A stretch of DNA of 64,000 nucleotides from Dehalococcoidia bacterium. GTDB taxonomy: Bacteria > Chloroflexota > Dehalococcoidia > DSTF01 > JACRBR01. Each line of letters opens with the position of its first letter. The first letter of the stretch is position 1. The position numbers were made by a program, and so were the translations under genes. Shown here one piece after another: positions 10,477-22,776 of the stretch. The notes under the pieces are model-generated. The model searched no databases, was not told the DNA's origin, and was given only the letters and a program-made list of their open reading frames with translations. Location of the stretch: NCBI GenBank assembly GCA_041494685.1, contig JBGQBE010000002.1:124001-188000 (forward strand), given 5' to 3'.

Positions 10477-11286
10477 TCACGCCGTGCGGCGCAGCTGCGC
10501 CGCCTCGGTGGTACGCCGATAGAAGTTGCCGCCCAGGCGCTCGTAGCCCAGGCTGTCCGTGCCGAGCAGCGCCTCGGTGCCGCCGACGAACAGCACGCCT
10601 CCCGGGCGCAGCGACGCCCGGAAGCGCTCGAAGAGCCCGCGCTTCGTCTCGTCGGAGAAGTAGATCATCACGTTGCGGCAGACGATCAGGTCGAGGTTCG
10701 GCTCGAAGCGATCGGACAGCAGGTTCACCTCGCGGAAGTCGATGCGCCGGCGCAGCGTGTCGACGACCGTGTGGTGATCACCATCGCGCGTGAAGAACGA
10801 CTCCAACCGCTGCTTCGAGACGTTGCGCACGTCTTGCTGCACGTACGGCCCGCCGGCCTTGGCCCGCGCCAGCACGACCCGGTCGATATCGCTGGCCATG
10901 ATCGTGGCGCGGTGCCCGGCGTTCAGTTCGTGCAGGATCATGGCGATCGAGTACGGCTCCTCGCCGTGGGAGCAGGCGCTGCTCCAGATGCGGATCTTCT
11001 GGTTGCCCGCAAGGATCTCGGGCATGATCTGGTTCTGCAACCGCTCGAACTGCTGCGGGTCCCGGAAGAACTCCGACACGTTGATCGTCAGCATGTCTCG
11101 CAGCGCGTCCAGCGCCTCCTGGTCCTTCGGCAGATCGCGGCAGAACTCCGCCACGCTGTTGGGCGCGCGCCGGGAGACGAACGTCTCGAGCCGGCGGCGC
11201 ATCTGCGCCGTCTTGTACGCGTCGATGTCGATCGACAGCAGCTCCTTGATGCGCCGCTTCAGCAGTCCGTAATCGGCGTCGTTCAT
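10477..11286 (-). CDS. cheR: Chemotaxis methyltransferase CheR
   Basis: TINVSEFFRD, IWSSACSHGEEPYS, CRNVMIYF. ATGA overlap with cheB. Confidence 0.96.
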   Translation of the reverse strand: MNDADYGLLKRRIKELLSIDIDAYKTAQMRRRLETFVSRRAPNSVAEFCRDLPKDQEALDALRDMLTINVSEFFRDPQQFERLQNQIMPEILAGNQKIRIWSSACSHGEEPYSIAMILHELNAGHRATIMASDIDRVVLARAKAGGPYVQQDVRNVSKQRLESFFTRDGDHHTVVDTLRRRIDFREVNLLSDRFEPNLDLIVCRNVMIYFSDETKRGLFERFRASLRPGGVLFVGGTEALLGTDSLGYERLGGNFYRRTTEAAQLRRTA

Positions 11287-12359
11287 ACCGCTCGCTCCAA
11301 CCTTCCGGCGCGCGCACGACACGCGTGCACGATCGCACCGGCCACGTTGTCCAGCGGGGCCACATGGTCCACGTATCCCGCTTCGGCCACGCTGCGCGGC
11401 ATGCCGTAGACCACGCAGGTCGATTCGTCTTCGGCGATCACTTCGCCGCCGGCTTCCTTGATCAGCCCGGCGCCGCGCGTGCCGTCCTTGCCCATGCCGG
11501 TCAGCACCACGCCGACCGTCGCCGCGCCGTAGACGGCCGCGGCGGACTCCATCAGCACGTTCACCGCGGGGCGCACGCCGCACTCCGACGGCGTCTGCGT
11601 CAACTCGATCAGGCCGCCCTTGTGCACGGCCATGTGGAACCCGCCGGGCGCGATCAGCACCGTGCCGCGTTCCACGCGAGAACCCGGCCTGGCTTCCTTC
11701 ACGGGCAGCGGGCCCAGTTCGTTCATCCGCTCGGCCAACGCGCGTGTGAACCCGGGCGGCATGTGCTGCACGATCAGCACCGGCACGCTCAGGTCCGCCG
11801 GCAGCGCCGTCAGCACGGCGCGCAGCGCCTGCGGCCCACCGGTGCTGCTGCCGATCACGACCACGCGGTCCGCCCATTCCATGCCCAGCGGCGCGATCGG
11901 CGCGGAGGATGCCGTGCGCAGGTGCGGGCGGTGCAGACGCGCCTGGGCGGCGGCCGCGATCTTCTCGCGCAGCTCGTCGATCACCCCGTGCACGGTGCCC
12001 ACGCCGCCCTGCACGGGCTTGGCGATGAAGTCGACGGCGCCGAGGTCCAGCGCCTTCATCGTCGCTGTGGCGCCGGCACTGGTCAGGGAGCTGACCATGA
12101 CGGCGCGCGTCGGCGTGTCGCGCATGATGCGCTCCAGCGCCTCCAACCCGTTCAGCCGCGGCATCTCCACATCGAGCGTGATGACGTCGGGCCGCAACGC
12201 GGCGACCTTCTCTACGCCGTCCTGGCCGTCACGCGCGTAGCCGATGACCTCAAACCGCTCGTCCCTGGCGAGTTCGCGGCAGAGGATCGCGCGCACCGTC
12301 GCCGAGTCGTCGATGACGAGGAGGCGAATCTTCTTGTCGGTGTTCATCGCTGATTCCAC
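11283..12359 (-). CDS. cheB: Chemotaxis methylesterase CheB (receiver + esterase)
   Basis: Receiver domain (IDDS, TLDVEMP), then GSSTGGP, VQHMP and LTGMGKDG. Confidence 0.96.
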   Translation of the reverse strand: MESAMNTDKKIRLLVIDDSATVRAILCRELARDERFEVIGYARDGQDGVEKVAALRPDVITLDVEMPRLNGLEALERIMRDTPTRAVMVSSLTSAGATATMKALDLGAVDFIAKPVQGGVGTVHGVIDELREKIAAAAQARLHRPHLRTASSAPIAPLGMEWADRVVVIGSSTGGPQALRAVLTALPADLSVPVLIVQHMPPGFTRALAERMNELGPLPVKEARPGSRVERGTVLIAPGGFHMAVHKGGLIELTQTPSECGVRPAVNVLMESAAAVYGAATVGVVLTGMGKDGTRGAGLIKEAGGEVIAEDESTCVVYGMPRSVAEAGYVDHVAPLDNVAGAIVHACRARAGRLERAV

Positions 12360-12387
12360 GATGCGTCCCCTCTCCTGAAGGCGTGAT

Positions 12388-12744
12388 CTAGGCGACGAGC
12401 TTGGAGAGCGCGGACTTCACGCGGTCCGGCTCGAACGGCTTCACGACGAAGTCCCGCGCGCCCGACTTGATCGCTTCCATCACGATCGACTGCTGCCCCA
12501 TGGCGGTAACCATGGCCACGCGCGCCGCGGGGTCGAACGCCAGGATCGCCTTCAGCGCCTCCAGGCCGTCCATGCCGGGCATCGTGATGTCCATCAGCAC
12601 GGCATCGGGCTTGTTCGTCTTGTACGATTCGACGGCCTGCGCGCCGTCGCCCGCCTCGATGACCTCGTGCCCGAGTTCCTTCACCATCGCGGCATTCCGC
12701 ATGCGCAGGAAGGCCGAGTCGTCTACAACCAGCACTTTCGCCAT
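12388..12744 (-). CDS. cheY: Chemotaxis response regulator CheY
   Basis: Single receiver domain with VDDS, MDITMP, TAMGQQ and VKPF (Bacillus/Thermotoga-like CheY). Confidence 0.93.
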   Translation of the reverse strand: MAKVLVVDDSAFLRMRNAAMVKELGHEVIEAGDGAQAVESYKTNKPDAVLMDITMPGMDGLEALKAILAFDPAARVAMVTAMGQQSIVMEAIKSGARDFVVKPFEPDRVKSALSKLVA

Positions 12745-12786
12745 CGTTATCCTCCGAACTCCTGTGTGTACCCTGCTGCCGCGGCG

Positions 12787-13293
12787 CTAGAGCTCATAGC
12801 TCGACCCTCCCACGGTGGAGATGGTCAACGCGCCGGACCCCGAGAGCAGCCGCACGGTCCGTCCGTGCGTCCCGCCCACGTCCTCGCCGCGCAGGCGCAA
12901 CCCCAACGCCTTCATCGTCGCGCGGGCGGCCTCGACGTTCCGCTCGCCGATATTCAGTCTCGCCTCGAATCCCTTCGCCACCGCCATGTGCGCGCCGCCG
13001 GCCATCCTGAAGACGGTGCGGGCGGGCGTCGCGCCCAGCGTTTGCAGGCGCGTCAGCATGATCGGGATCCCCGCGTCGACAAACCGCTCGAGCGTCTTCG
13101 GACGGTTCCCGCTGGTGCTGTCCGGCAGCACGAAGTGCGCCATGCCGGCCACCTTCGCCACGGGGTCGAACGCGGCGAACGCCACGCACGAGCCGATGCC
13201 GTAGCAGACGAGGAGGGTATCCGGGTCGTTCGTAACGTGCAGCTCGCCCAGGCTGATCACCACGGACTGCTCACGGCTCGCCATCAACGTCAT
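12787..13293 (-). CDS. cheD: Chemoreceptor glutamine deamidase CheD
   Basis: GIGSCVA, GMAHFVLP, IGERN, EDVGGTHGRTV. Confidence 0.94.
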   Translation of the reverse strand: MTLMASREQSVVISLGELHVTNDPDTLLVCYGIGSCVAFAAFDPVAKVAGMAHFVLPDSTSGNRPKTLERFVDAGIPIMLTRLQTLGATPARTVFRMAGGAHMAVAKGFEARLNIGERNVEAARATMKALGLRLRGEDVGGTHGRTVRLLSGSGALTISTVGGSSYEL

Positions 13294-13901
13294 GCAGCCC
13301 GCTCCCATTCCAGAAGCTTCTCCATCAAGCTCGCGCTGGGCATGACGAAGAACATGCCCGTGATCTTCCGGTCCGCCACCTCGAACGTCGTCTCCGCGAC
13401 GAAGGCGTCGTCCTGCGTCATCAGCAGGTCCGCGGCGACGAGGTCCAGCAGCGCGCCGGCCATGTCCAGCATCACCGCCGGCGGCGACGGCCGCAGGTCC
13501 ATGCCGACGTCGTCGGCCAGCACGTTCAGGAACGACGCACCGACGATGTTGCCCATCTCGCCCAGCGCGGACTGTTCCATCTCGCCGAGTGCCGTCGTCG
13601 TGCCTTCCGGCTGCATCATCAGCAGGTCCACGAACGCGCAGGCGATGCCAGGGTCGTAGATCAGCATCAGGTGGCCATCGGCCGAGCCGGAGACCGTCAG
13701 GTAGATGCCCACGGACATCACCTCAGGGCCGCCGACAAGCTGCGAGATCTGCGCGATCGGGATCTCCCGCAGATTGAACGTCTTGGTCGTGATGGTCTGC
13801 CCCACCATCTGGGACAGGTTGTCCATGGACTTGATCGTGCCCTTCTTGATCAGATCCGCCCACAGGCCGGAAGCGCCGCCGCTCATCTGCACCTCGGTCA
13901 T
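13290..13901 (-). CDS. cheC: Chemotaxis phosphatase CheC
   Basis: SALGEMGNI (ExxN) and SPPAVMLDMAGA. Located between cheA and cheD. Confidence 0.9.
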   Translation of the reverse strand: MTEVQMSGGASGLWADLIKKGTIKSMDNLSQMVGQTITTKTFNLREIPIAQISQLVGGPEVMSVGIYLTVSGSADGHLMLIYDPGIACAFVDLLMMQPEGTTTALGEMEQSALGEMGNIVGASFLNVLADDVGMDLRPSPPAVMLDMAGALLDLVAADLLMTQDDAFVAETTFEVADRKITGMFFVMPSASLMEKLLEWERAA

Positions 13902-13919
13902 ATTGTCCGTTCCTCCGTC

Positions 13920-15935
13920 CTACGCTGCCTTCAGAAGCGTGGCCACGTCCAGGATCAGGGCCACTTCACCGTCGCCCAGGATGCTGGCACCGGCCACGCC
14001 ACGCGCGCGGCCGATGGTGCTTCCAAGCGATTTCACCACTACCTCTTGCTGATCCATCAGCCGGTCCACGGCCAGCGCCGTGGGCCGGTCGCCCACGCGC
14101 ACCACCACCATGAAGTCCTCCGAGCCCGCCTCGGCGCCCAGCTCGGCGATCCCGCTCAACCGGTAGAGGGGCATCACGGTGCCCCGCAGGTTGATCACCT
14201 CGCGGTTGACGATGTTCTGCACCTGCCGCGGCTCCAGCCGCCCCGTCTCCTGCACGTAGCTGAGCGGGATGGCGTACACCGCGCTCGACGACTCGACCAG
14301 CAGACCGCGGAACGTCGCCAGCGTGAGCGGCAGTTGCAGCGTGAACACGCTGCCGCCGCCCGGCCGGGACTCCACCGTCACCACGCCGTTCAGCGCCTGG
14401 ATACTGCTGCGCACGACGTCCATGCCCACGCCGCGGCCGGAGATGTCGGTCGTCCGCGCGGCGGTCGAGAGACCGGACTCGAAGATCAGGTCCAGCGCCT
14501 CCTGCTCCGTCATGCGCTCCGCCGCTTCGGCGGCGATCATGCCGCGCTCGACCGCTTTCGCCTTCACCGCGGCCGTGTCGATGCCCTTGCCATCGTCGGT
14601 GAGCGTGATCAGGATGCGCCCCTGGTCGTGCGTCGCCGCCAGGCGGATCGTGCCGGCTTCCGGCTTGCCCGCGGCATGCCGTACGTCCGGCAGCTCGATC
14701 CCGTGGTCGACGGCGTTGCGCAGCAGGTGGATCAGCGGGTCCTTGATCTTCTCGATGACGGCACGGTCGATCTCGGTGCCCTCACCTTCCGTCTCGAACT
14801 CCACCTGCTTGCCGGTGCTGCGCGCGACGTCGCGCACGAGGCGCGGGAACTTGCTGAACAGCGTGCCGATCGGCAGCATGCGGGCCTGCATCATGCCGTC
14901 GTTCAGGTCTTCAACAACCTTGCCGATGTGCGCGGAAATCTGCTCCAGCGACTGCACCGTCGCGTCGCCGTGGTAGCGGGCCTGCAGGGTGCGCGCCAGC
15001 TGCGTCACGCGCGTGCGGTCGATCACGAGCTCACCCACGAGGTTCATCAGCGCGTCGAGCTTATCGACGTCGATGCGCACCGACTGCTGCGGCTCGATGC
15101 GGGCGGCGTCGTCGCCGCCGCGGCCGCGCGCGTCAGCCGGACCGGCGGCCGCGGGCAGATCCGCCGGCGCCGCCAGCGTCGCGTCGTAGGGCTCCACCAG
15201 GGCGCCTATGATGTCTTCTACCTCTTCCACCACCGCGCGCAGCTCTTCCGCGGGCGCCGAGGTGATGAGCACCAGCTCGATGTCGTCTGCGGCCTTCTCG
15301 GCCTGGATGTCGTCGAGCGACGGCATCGACACCACGATCTCGCCGTGCAGCGACAGCTCCGTGATCACCTGGAAGCAGCGGACCGCGGCCCACGCCGTGC
15401 CCGGCGCCAGCGACGCCTTCACCTTCCACACGTGCAACCCGTGTCCGGCGGCCGCCTCGATCTGCGTCCGCGCCGACGCATCGGCATCGATCGCAGCGGC
15501 GAGCGTGGCGCGCGCCGCGCCGCCGCCCGCGCTGGCGGCGGCCGGCCCGTCGGCGGCGGCCCGCAGCATCGCGACCTGCGCGGAGATATCGACGTTGTCG
15601 TCGCCGTCCGCGATCACGCCGTGCATCAGCGCCTTCAGGCCGTCCAGGCTCTCCAGCAGCGCGTCCACCAGCTCCGGCGTCACGCCCAGCACACCGCGGC
15701 GGACGCGGTCCAGCACGTCCTCCATGTGGTGCGTCAGCTCCGCCATGCGGGTGAAGCCCAGCATTCCCGACGATCCCTTGAGCGTGTGGGCGGCACGGAA
15801 GATCCCCTGGAGCAGGTCCGTGTTACCGGCCTCCTTCTCCAGGCGAATGATGTCTTCGTCCAGTACCTGGAGATGCTCTTCGGCTTCCTGAAGGAAGACC
15901 TTCAGCTCTTCAGGGTCGATGCCTGACGGGGGCAT
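13920..15935 (-). CDS. cheA: Chemotaxis histidine kinase CheA (P1-P5)
   Basis: FRAAHTLKGSS (Hpt), P2 domain, LMNLVGELVI, HLLRNAVDHGIE, DISGRGVGMDVV, C-terminal CheW domain. Confidence 0.98.
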   Translation of the reverse strand: MPPSGIDPEELKVFLQEAEEHLQVLDEDIIRLEKEAGNTDLLQGIFRAAHTLKGSSGMLGFTRMAELTHHMEDVLDRVRRGVLGVTPELVDALLESLDGLKALMHGVIADGDDNVDISAQVAMLRAAADGPAAASAGGGAARATLAAAIDADASARTQIEAAAGHGLHVWKVKASLAPGTAWAAVRCFQVITELSLHGEIVVSMPSLDDIQAEKAADDIELVLITSAPAEELRAVVEEVEDIIGALVEPYDATLAAPADLPAAAGPADARGRGGDDAARIEPQQSVRIDVDKLDALMNLVGELVIDRTRVTQLARTLQARYHGDATVQSLEQISAHIGKVVEDLNDGMMQARMLPIGTLFSKFPRLVRDVARSTGKQVEFETEGEGTEIDRAVIEKIKDPLIHLLRNAVDHGIELPDVRHAAGKPEAGTIRLAATHDQGRILITLTDDGKGIDTAAVKAKAVERGMIAAEAAERMTEQEALDLIFESGLSTAARTTDISGRGVGMDVVRSSIQALNGVVTVESRPGGGSVFTLQLPLTLATFRGLLVESSSAVYAIPLSYVQETGRLEPRQVQNIVNREVINLRGTVMPLYRLSGIAELGAEAGSEDFMVVVRVGDRPTALAVDRLMDQQEVVVKSLGSTIGRARGVAGASILGDGEVALILDVATLLKAA

Positions 15936-15986
15936 GGGTGTCTCCTGACTGCTCCGATGTCGTATCCGTACGCGGACGCAGCCGCG

Positions 15987-16472
15987 CTACGCGGCTGCGA
16001 GCAGCTCACGGCTGAGGACGGTCTCGTCGTCGGCGCTCAGCAGCGCGTCGCGGTCCACCAGGATGATCAGGCGGTCGTCCAGATTGACGATGCCCTCGAC
16101 CACGCGCATGTTCGACCCGGCCACCACGTTCGACGGCGGCTGGATGCGGTCGCCCGGGACGCGCAGCACTTCCGTGACGGCGTCCACGATCATGCCCACG
16201 TCCTCGCCGTTCACCTCGACGACGACGATGCGGCTCTCCGCCGTCGCGTCGCCCATCGTCAGTCCGAAGCGCTTGCGCAGGTCCATCACGGGGCAGATGC
16301 GCCCGCGGAGGTTGATCACGCCCTCGATCATGTCAGGTGCGTTGGGCACGCGCGTGATCTCCTGCATGCGGATGATCTCCCGCACCGCCTGGATCTCCAG
16401 CCCGTAGATGTCGGTGGCCAGCCGGAACACGACCAGTTGCAGCTCGGCCCTCGTCAGCGTTTCCTCAGACAT
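15987..16472 (-). CDS. cheW: Chemotaxis adaptor CheW
   Basis: QLVVFRL, GVINLRGRICPVMDLR, GMIVDAVTEV. RBS AGGGAGGT. Confidence 0.96.
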   Translation of the reverse strand: MSEETLTRAELQLVVFRLATDIYGLEIQAVREIIRMQEITRVPNAPDMIEGVINLRGRICPVMDLRKRFGLTMGDATAESRIVVVEVNGEDVGMIVDAVTEVLRVPGDRIQPPSNVVAGSNMRVVEGIVNLDDRLIILVDRDALLSADDETVLSRELLAAA

Positions 16473-16618
16473 GGTCAGATACCTCCCTTAACCGGGCTTT
16501 ACAGACACGAACCCAACGCCGAACAGGATGCGCCTGCCAGAAACGTCCGCGTGTCCCGCATCGCTGCCCGATCGCGATGCGCACGGCTTGCCGGAGATCC
16601 GGCCTGTCACTGGAGTAA

Positions 16619-16645
16619 TGTTCGGCGCTCCGCGATCAGGGTTGA
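16619..16645 (-). promoter_or_regulatory. Sigma-28 (FliA/SigD/WhiG)-like promoter for the che operon
   Basis: Minus strand TCAA-N15-GCCGAACA versus consensus TAAA-N15-GCCGATAA. Confidence 0.6.
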
Positions 16646-16882
16646 TCCGGGCCGAAGTCACACGGACGCGAGTGCGCCGCGGTGATGGGCGTGCGCGACG
16701 CGCTCCGCCGGACAGGTCACGATCGCCCGTGCAGGTGCAAGATCGAAGCTGAACATTCCGTCAGCGGGCCGCGCTGCGCCCGCCTCGACGCGCTCTTGTT
16801 GTGCGTGAGACGAGAGAAGCGTCACTGGCGAAGCACTCACAGAACCGAGAGAGCGGCGTGAGAACCACTCCGACCACACACA

Positions 16883-16909
16883 GAAGCGCCGGGCTGAGCC
16901 CGGCGCTTC
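16883..16909 (-). terminator. Hairpin/terminator after secA
   Basis: 12-bp perfect inverted repeat GAAGCGCCGGGC-tga-GCCCGGCGCTTC. The U-tract is weak. Confidence 0.65.
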
Positions 16910-16934
16910 GATCATCGCAGCCTCGCTTCGGGCG

Positions 16935-19655
<2,721 letters not shown>

Positions 19656-19853
19656 ATCGTGTCCTGGGTTGCGGTTGGCATCACGAGACAGTGTACCGAA
19701 ACCGCGGCGCAGCCCCGTACGCCGCACCCGCGGATGCAGCGGCGAATTCCCGTACGTAACCGGATCTGAACCGACGCGCTGGAATCCGCGGCCGGCCAGG
19801 CCGGTCCGTCCAACCACCCACGCGCCCCGATGGCGGCCAGCTACAATCCCACC

Positions 19854-20750
19854 ATGATCCTGAACGTCGCCCTCCTGCAGATGAGCGCCTGCGGTCCAGA
19901 CATCGACGCGAACCGCGCGAAGGGCGAGGCGTTCTGCCGCCAGGCGAAAGCGCTGGGCGCCGACATCGCACTCTTCCCGGAGATGTGGAGCAACGGCTAT
20001 GCCGCCTGCCCCGCCGACGACGCCGGCCGCGCCGCCTGGCGAGCACAGGCCGTCGGGCGCGACGGCGCGTACGTCGCACACTTCCGCGCGTTGGCGCGCG
20101 AGCTGGGGATGGCGATCGCCATCACCTACCTGGAGCGCTGGGACGGCGCGCCCCGCAACACCGTCTCGATCATCGACCGGCACGGTGAGGTTGCGCTGAC
20201 CTACGCGAAAGTGCACACGTGCGACTTCTCGGACGAGCGCGAGCTGACTCCCGGCGACGCGTTCCACGTCGCGCCGCTGGACACCACGCACGGCCCCGTG
20301 CAGGTCGGCGCGATGATTTGCTACGACCGCGAGTTCCCGGAGAGCGCGCGCGTGCTGATGCTGCAGGGCGCTGAGATCATCCTGACGCCAAACGCCTGCG
20401 AGCTCGAGCGGCACCGCATCTGGCAGTTCGCCACGCGCGCCTACGAGAACATGGTGGGCGTGGCGATGGCGAACTACGCGTCGCCGGGCCAGAACGGCCA
20501 CTCCGTGGCGTTCGACGGCGTGGCGTTCGAGGGCGTCGATGGCGAGGACGGCCACGCGGTCGACACGCTGATTGTCGAGGCGGGCGGCGACGAAGGCGTA
20601 TTCATAGCGCCGTTCGACATCGACCGCCTGCGCAGCTACCGCCTGCGTGAGACGTGGGGCGACGCCTATCGGAAACCACGCGTGTACGCGGCCATCACGT
20701 CGGCCGAAGCCCAGGATCCCTTCCGCCGCCCGGACTCGCGGCGTGGATAG
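19854..20750 (+). CDS. Carbon-nitrogen hydrolase (nitrilase superfamily)
   Basis: Catalytic E-K-C triad motifs [19 protein letters not shown]. Confidence 0.92.
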   Translation: MILNVALLQMSACGPDIDANRAKGEAFCRQAKALGADIALFPEMWSNGYAACPADDAGRAAWRAQAVGRDGAYVAHFRALARELGMAIAITYLERWDGAPRNTVSIIDRHGEVALTYAKVHTCDFSDERELTPGDAFHVAPLDTTHGPVQVGAMICYDREFPESARVLMLQGAEIILTPNACELERHRIWQFATRAYENMVGVAMANYASPGQNGHSVAFDGVAFEGVDGEDGHAVDTLIVEAGGDEGVFIAPFDIDRLRSYRLRETWGDAYRKPRVYAAITSAEAQDPFRRPDSRRG

Positions 20751-20866
20751 GGGGGTCAGGCGTCAAAGCTCTGCGTCCTCTGTGCCGCGGTGTTGAACCT
20801 CCCTCCCAGCCTCCGGCAACCTCCAACTCCCATCCCCTATAGTGCCTGTGTAACGGAGGCACCCCC

Positions 20867-21805
20867 GTGACCGTACCGGCGATCGAGCTGCGCGGCGTCG
20901 AGAAGAGCTACGGGCGCACGCGCGCGCTCCGCGGCATCGACCTCCGTGTCGAGCCGGGGCAGATCTTCGGCTTCCTGGGCCCCAACGGCGCAGGCAAGAC
21001 GACCACCCTCCGCATCCTGCTCGACCTCATCCGCCCGGACGCCGGCAGCGCCAGCGTGCTCGGCTTCGACGCACAGCGCCAGTCGATGGACGTGCGCCGC
21101 CGCGCCGCCTACCTGCCCGGCGAGTTGCGGATGTACGACACCATGCGCGGCGCGGAGTTCCTGGACCTGATCGACTCCTTCCGCCCGGAGCGGCGCGATC
21201 CGCGCTACCGCGCCGAGCTGCTGGAGCGGCTGGGGCTGGACGCCACGAAGCACATCCGCGCGCTCTCGAAGGGCAACAAGCAGAAGCTGGGCATCGTGCA
21301 GGCGCTGATGCACCGGCCGGAGTTGCTGCTCCTCGACGAGCCGACGAGCGGCCTCGACCCGCTCGTGCAGGAGACGGTGTCGCAGTTGCTGGAAGACGCC
21401 GTGCGCGACGGCCGCACCGTCTTCTTCTCGTCGCACGTCCTGCCGGAGGTGGAGCGGCTCAGCCAGTCCGTCGCGATCGTCCGCGCCGGCGAGATCGTGG
21501 CGGTGGAGGAGGTCGCGCGGCTGAAGTCGCGGTCGGTGCACGTGATGGAGATCACGTTCCGGCAGTCGCCGCCCGCCGCCCTGCTCGAGGGGCTGCCGGG
21601 CGTACGCGTGACACATCGCGACGGCCCGCTCATCCACGTGCAGGCGCGCGACGGCGTCGACGCGGTGATCAAGGCGATCGCCCGCTACGAGGTCGTGGAC
21701 CTGCGCACCGAGCAGCCGAGCATCGAGGACATCTTCCTGGCGTACTACTCCGGCGACGCGAAGGGCGACCGCGAGCGAGAGGAGCCGCGCCGTGCTGCGG
21801 TATAG
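20867..21805 (+). CDS. ABC transporter ATP-binding protein
   Basis: GPNGAGKTT, LSKGNKQK, LLLDEPTSGLD, SSH. Confidence 0.95.
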   Translation: MTVPAIELRGVEKSYGRTRALRGIDLRVEPGQIFGFLGPNGAGKTTTLRILLDLIRPDAGSASVLGFDAQRQSMDVRRRAAYLPGELRMYDTMRGAEFLDLIDSFRPERRDPRYRAELLERLGLDATKHIRALSKGNKQKLGIVQALMHRPELLLLDEPTSGLDPLVQETVSQLLEDAVRDGRTVFFSSHVLPEVERLSQSVAIVRAGEIVAVEEVARLKSRSVHVMEITFRQSPPAALLEGLPGVRVTHRDGPLIHVQARDGVDAVIKAIARYEVVDLRTEQPSIEDIFLAYYSGDAKGDREREEPRRAAV

Positions 21806-22643
21806 CATCCTGCGCAAGACGCTCCGCGACCAGCGATGGCAAATCGCCGGCTTCGGGCTGTCGCTCACAGCGATGGCGGCGATGACCGTGGGCATCTGGC
21901 CGTCGTACCGCGACATGCTCCAGAACTTCGATATCCCGTCTGCCTTCCAGGCGTTCCTCGGCACCGACCTGAGCATCGCTACGCCGGCCGGCTTCCTGAG
22001 CGCGGAGTTCTTCAGCTGGATCCCGATCCTGCTGATCGTCTACGCCGTCATCGCCGGCACGGGCGCGATCGCGGGCGAAGAGAGCAACGGCACGCTGGAC
22101 CTGGTACTGGCGCAGCCGGTCACGCGCCGCTCGCTGCTGCTGCAGAAGGCCGCGGCGACGGCTATCGGCAGCGCGGCGATCGTGGCGATCGGCTTCCTGG
22201 GCTTCGCCGTCACGATCCCCTTCGTCGACATCGCCGTCTCGCTCGGCGACACGGCGGTCGCCTGTGCGAACATGCTGCCGATCACGCTGCTGTTCTTCAC
22301 GCTCTCACTCTGGCTCGGCGCGGTGCTGCCGAACCGCGCCGCGGCCTCCGCCGGCGCTGTCGGCGTCGCCACCGCCGCGTACTTCGTGAATTCACTGGCC
22401 AACGGCGTCCAGTCGCTCCGCAACCTGCAGTACGCGTCGCCGTTCTACTACTACGGCGCTGGCCTGCCGCTGATCCACGGCATCAACTGGTGGCATGCGG
22501 GACTGCTGCTGGGCCTCTCCGCGCTGTTCGTTGTGCTGGCGCTCCGCACGTTCACGCAGCGCGACGTCAGCACCGGCGGCGCGACGGACCTCGACATGGC
22601 GGGACTGCTGCGGCGCATCGTGGCGCACGGCGCTTCGAGCTAG
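21792..22643 (+). CDS. ABC-2 type transporter permease
   Basis: About 6 TM helices and AGEESNGTLDLVLAQPVTR. Overlaps the ATPase gene. Confidence 0.9.
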   Translation: MLRYSILRKTLRDQRWQIAGFGLSLTAMAAMTVGIWPSYRDMLQNFDIPSAFQAFLGTDLSIATPAGFLSAEFFSWIPILLIVYAVIAGTGAIAGEESNGTLDLVLAQPVTRRSLLLQKAAATAIGSAAIVAIGFLGFAVTIPFVDIAVSLGDTAVACANMLPITLLFFTLSLWLGAVLPNRAAASAGAVGVATAAYFVNSLANGVQSLRNLQYASPFYYYGAGLPLIHGINWWHAGLLLGLSALFVVLALRTFTQRDVSTGGATDLDMAGLLRRIVAHGASS

Positions 22644-22653
22644 GGCGGCGCCG

Positions 22654-22696
22654 ACCTAACCCCCTGCCCTTCCCGGCGCGGGAAGGACGATCGAGT
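22654..22696 (+). repeat. REP-like palindromic intergenic element, copy 1
   Basis: ACCTAACC..CCCTTCCCGGCGCGGGAAGG.ACGATCGAGT, similar to the inverted copy at 52806-52852. Confidence 0.6.
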
Positions 22697-22776
22697 TGGC
22701 GTGGTACGGATCGGCACCTTCCTCACGAGGATCGACGGGTGCAGCGTCTACGGCCGGAATCCGCTACAACGTGGCG

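Noticed and set aside
13671..15926. 751-aa plus-strand ORF, and similar long ORFs at 9418-11409, 35104-36738, 41411-43534 and 57237-58865
   Set aside because: Antisense shadows of real genes caused by high GC3. They have no motifs and are Arg/His-rich.
16473..16880. Possible c-di-GMP riboswitch or small ORF upstream of cheW
   Set aside because: No GEMM motif (GGCAAA...GAAA tetraloop/receptor) recognised by eye, and the short ORFs lack coding bias. An Infernal scan would be decisive.
19656..20555. Apparent 300-aa N-terminal extension of SecA in the ORF track
   Set aside because: It is the antisense of the nitrilase gene. The true SecA start is ATG 19655.
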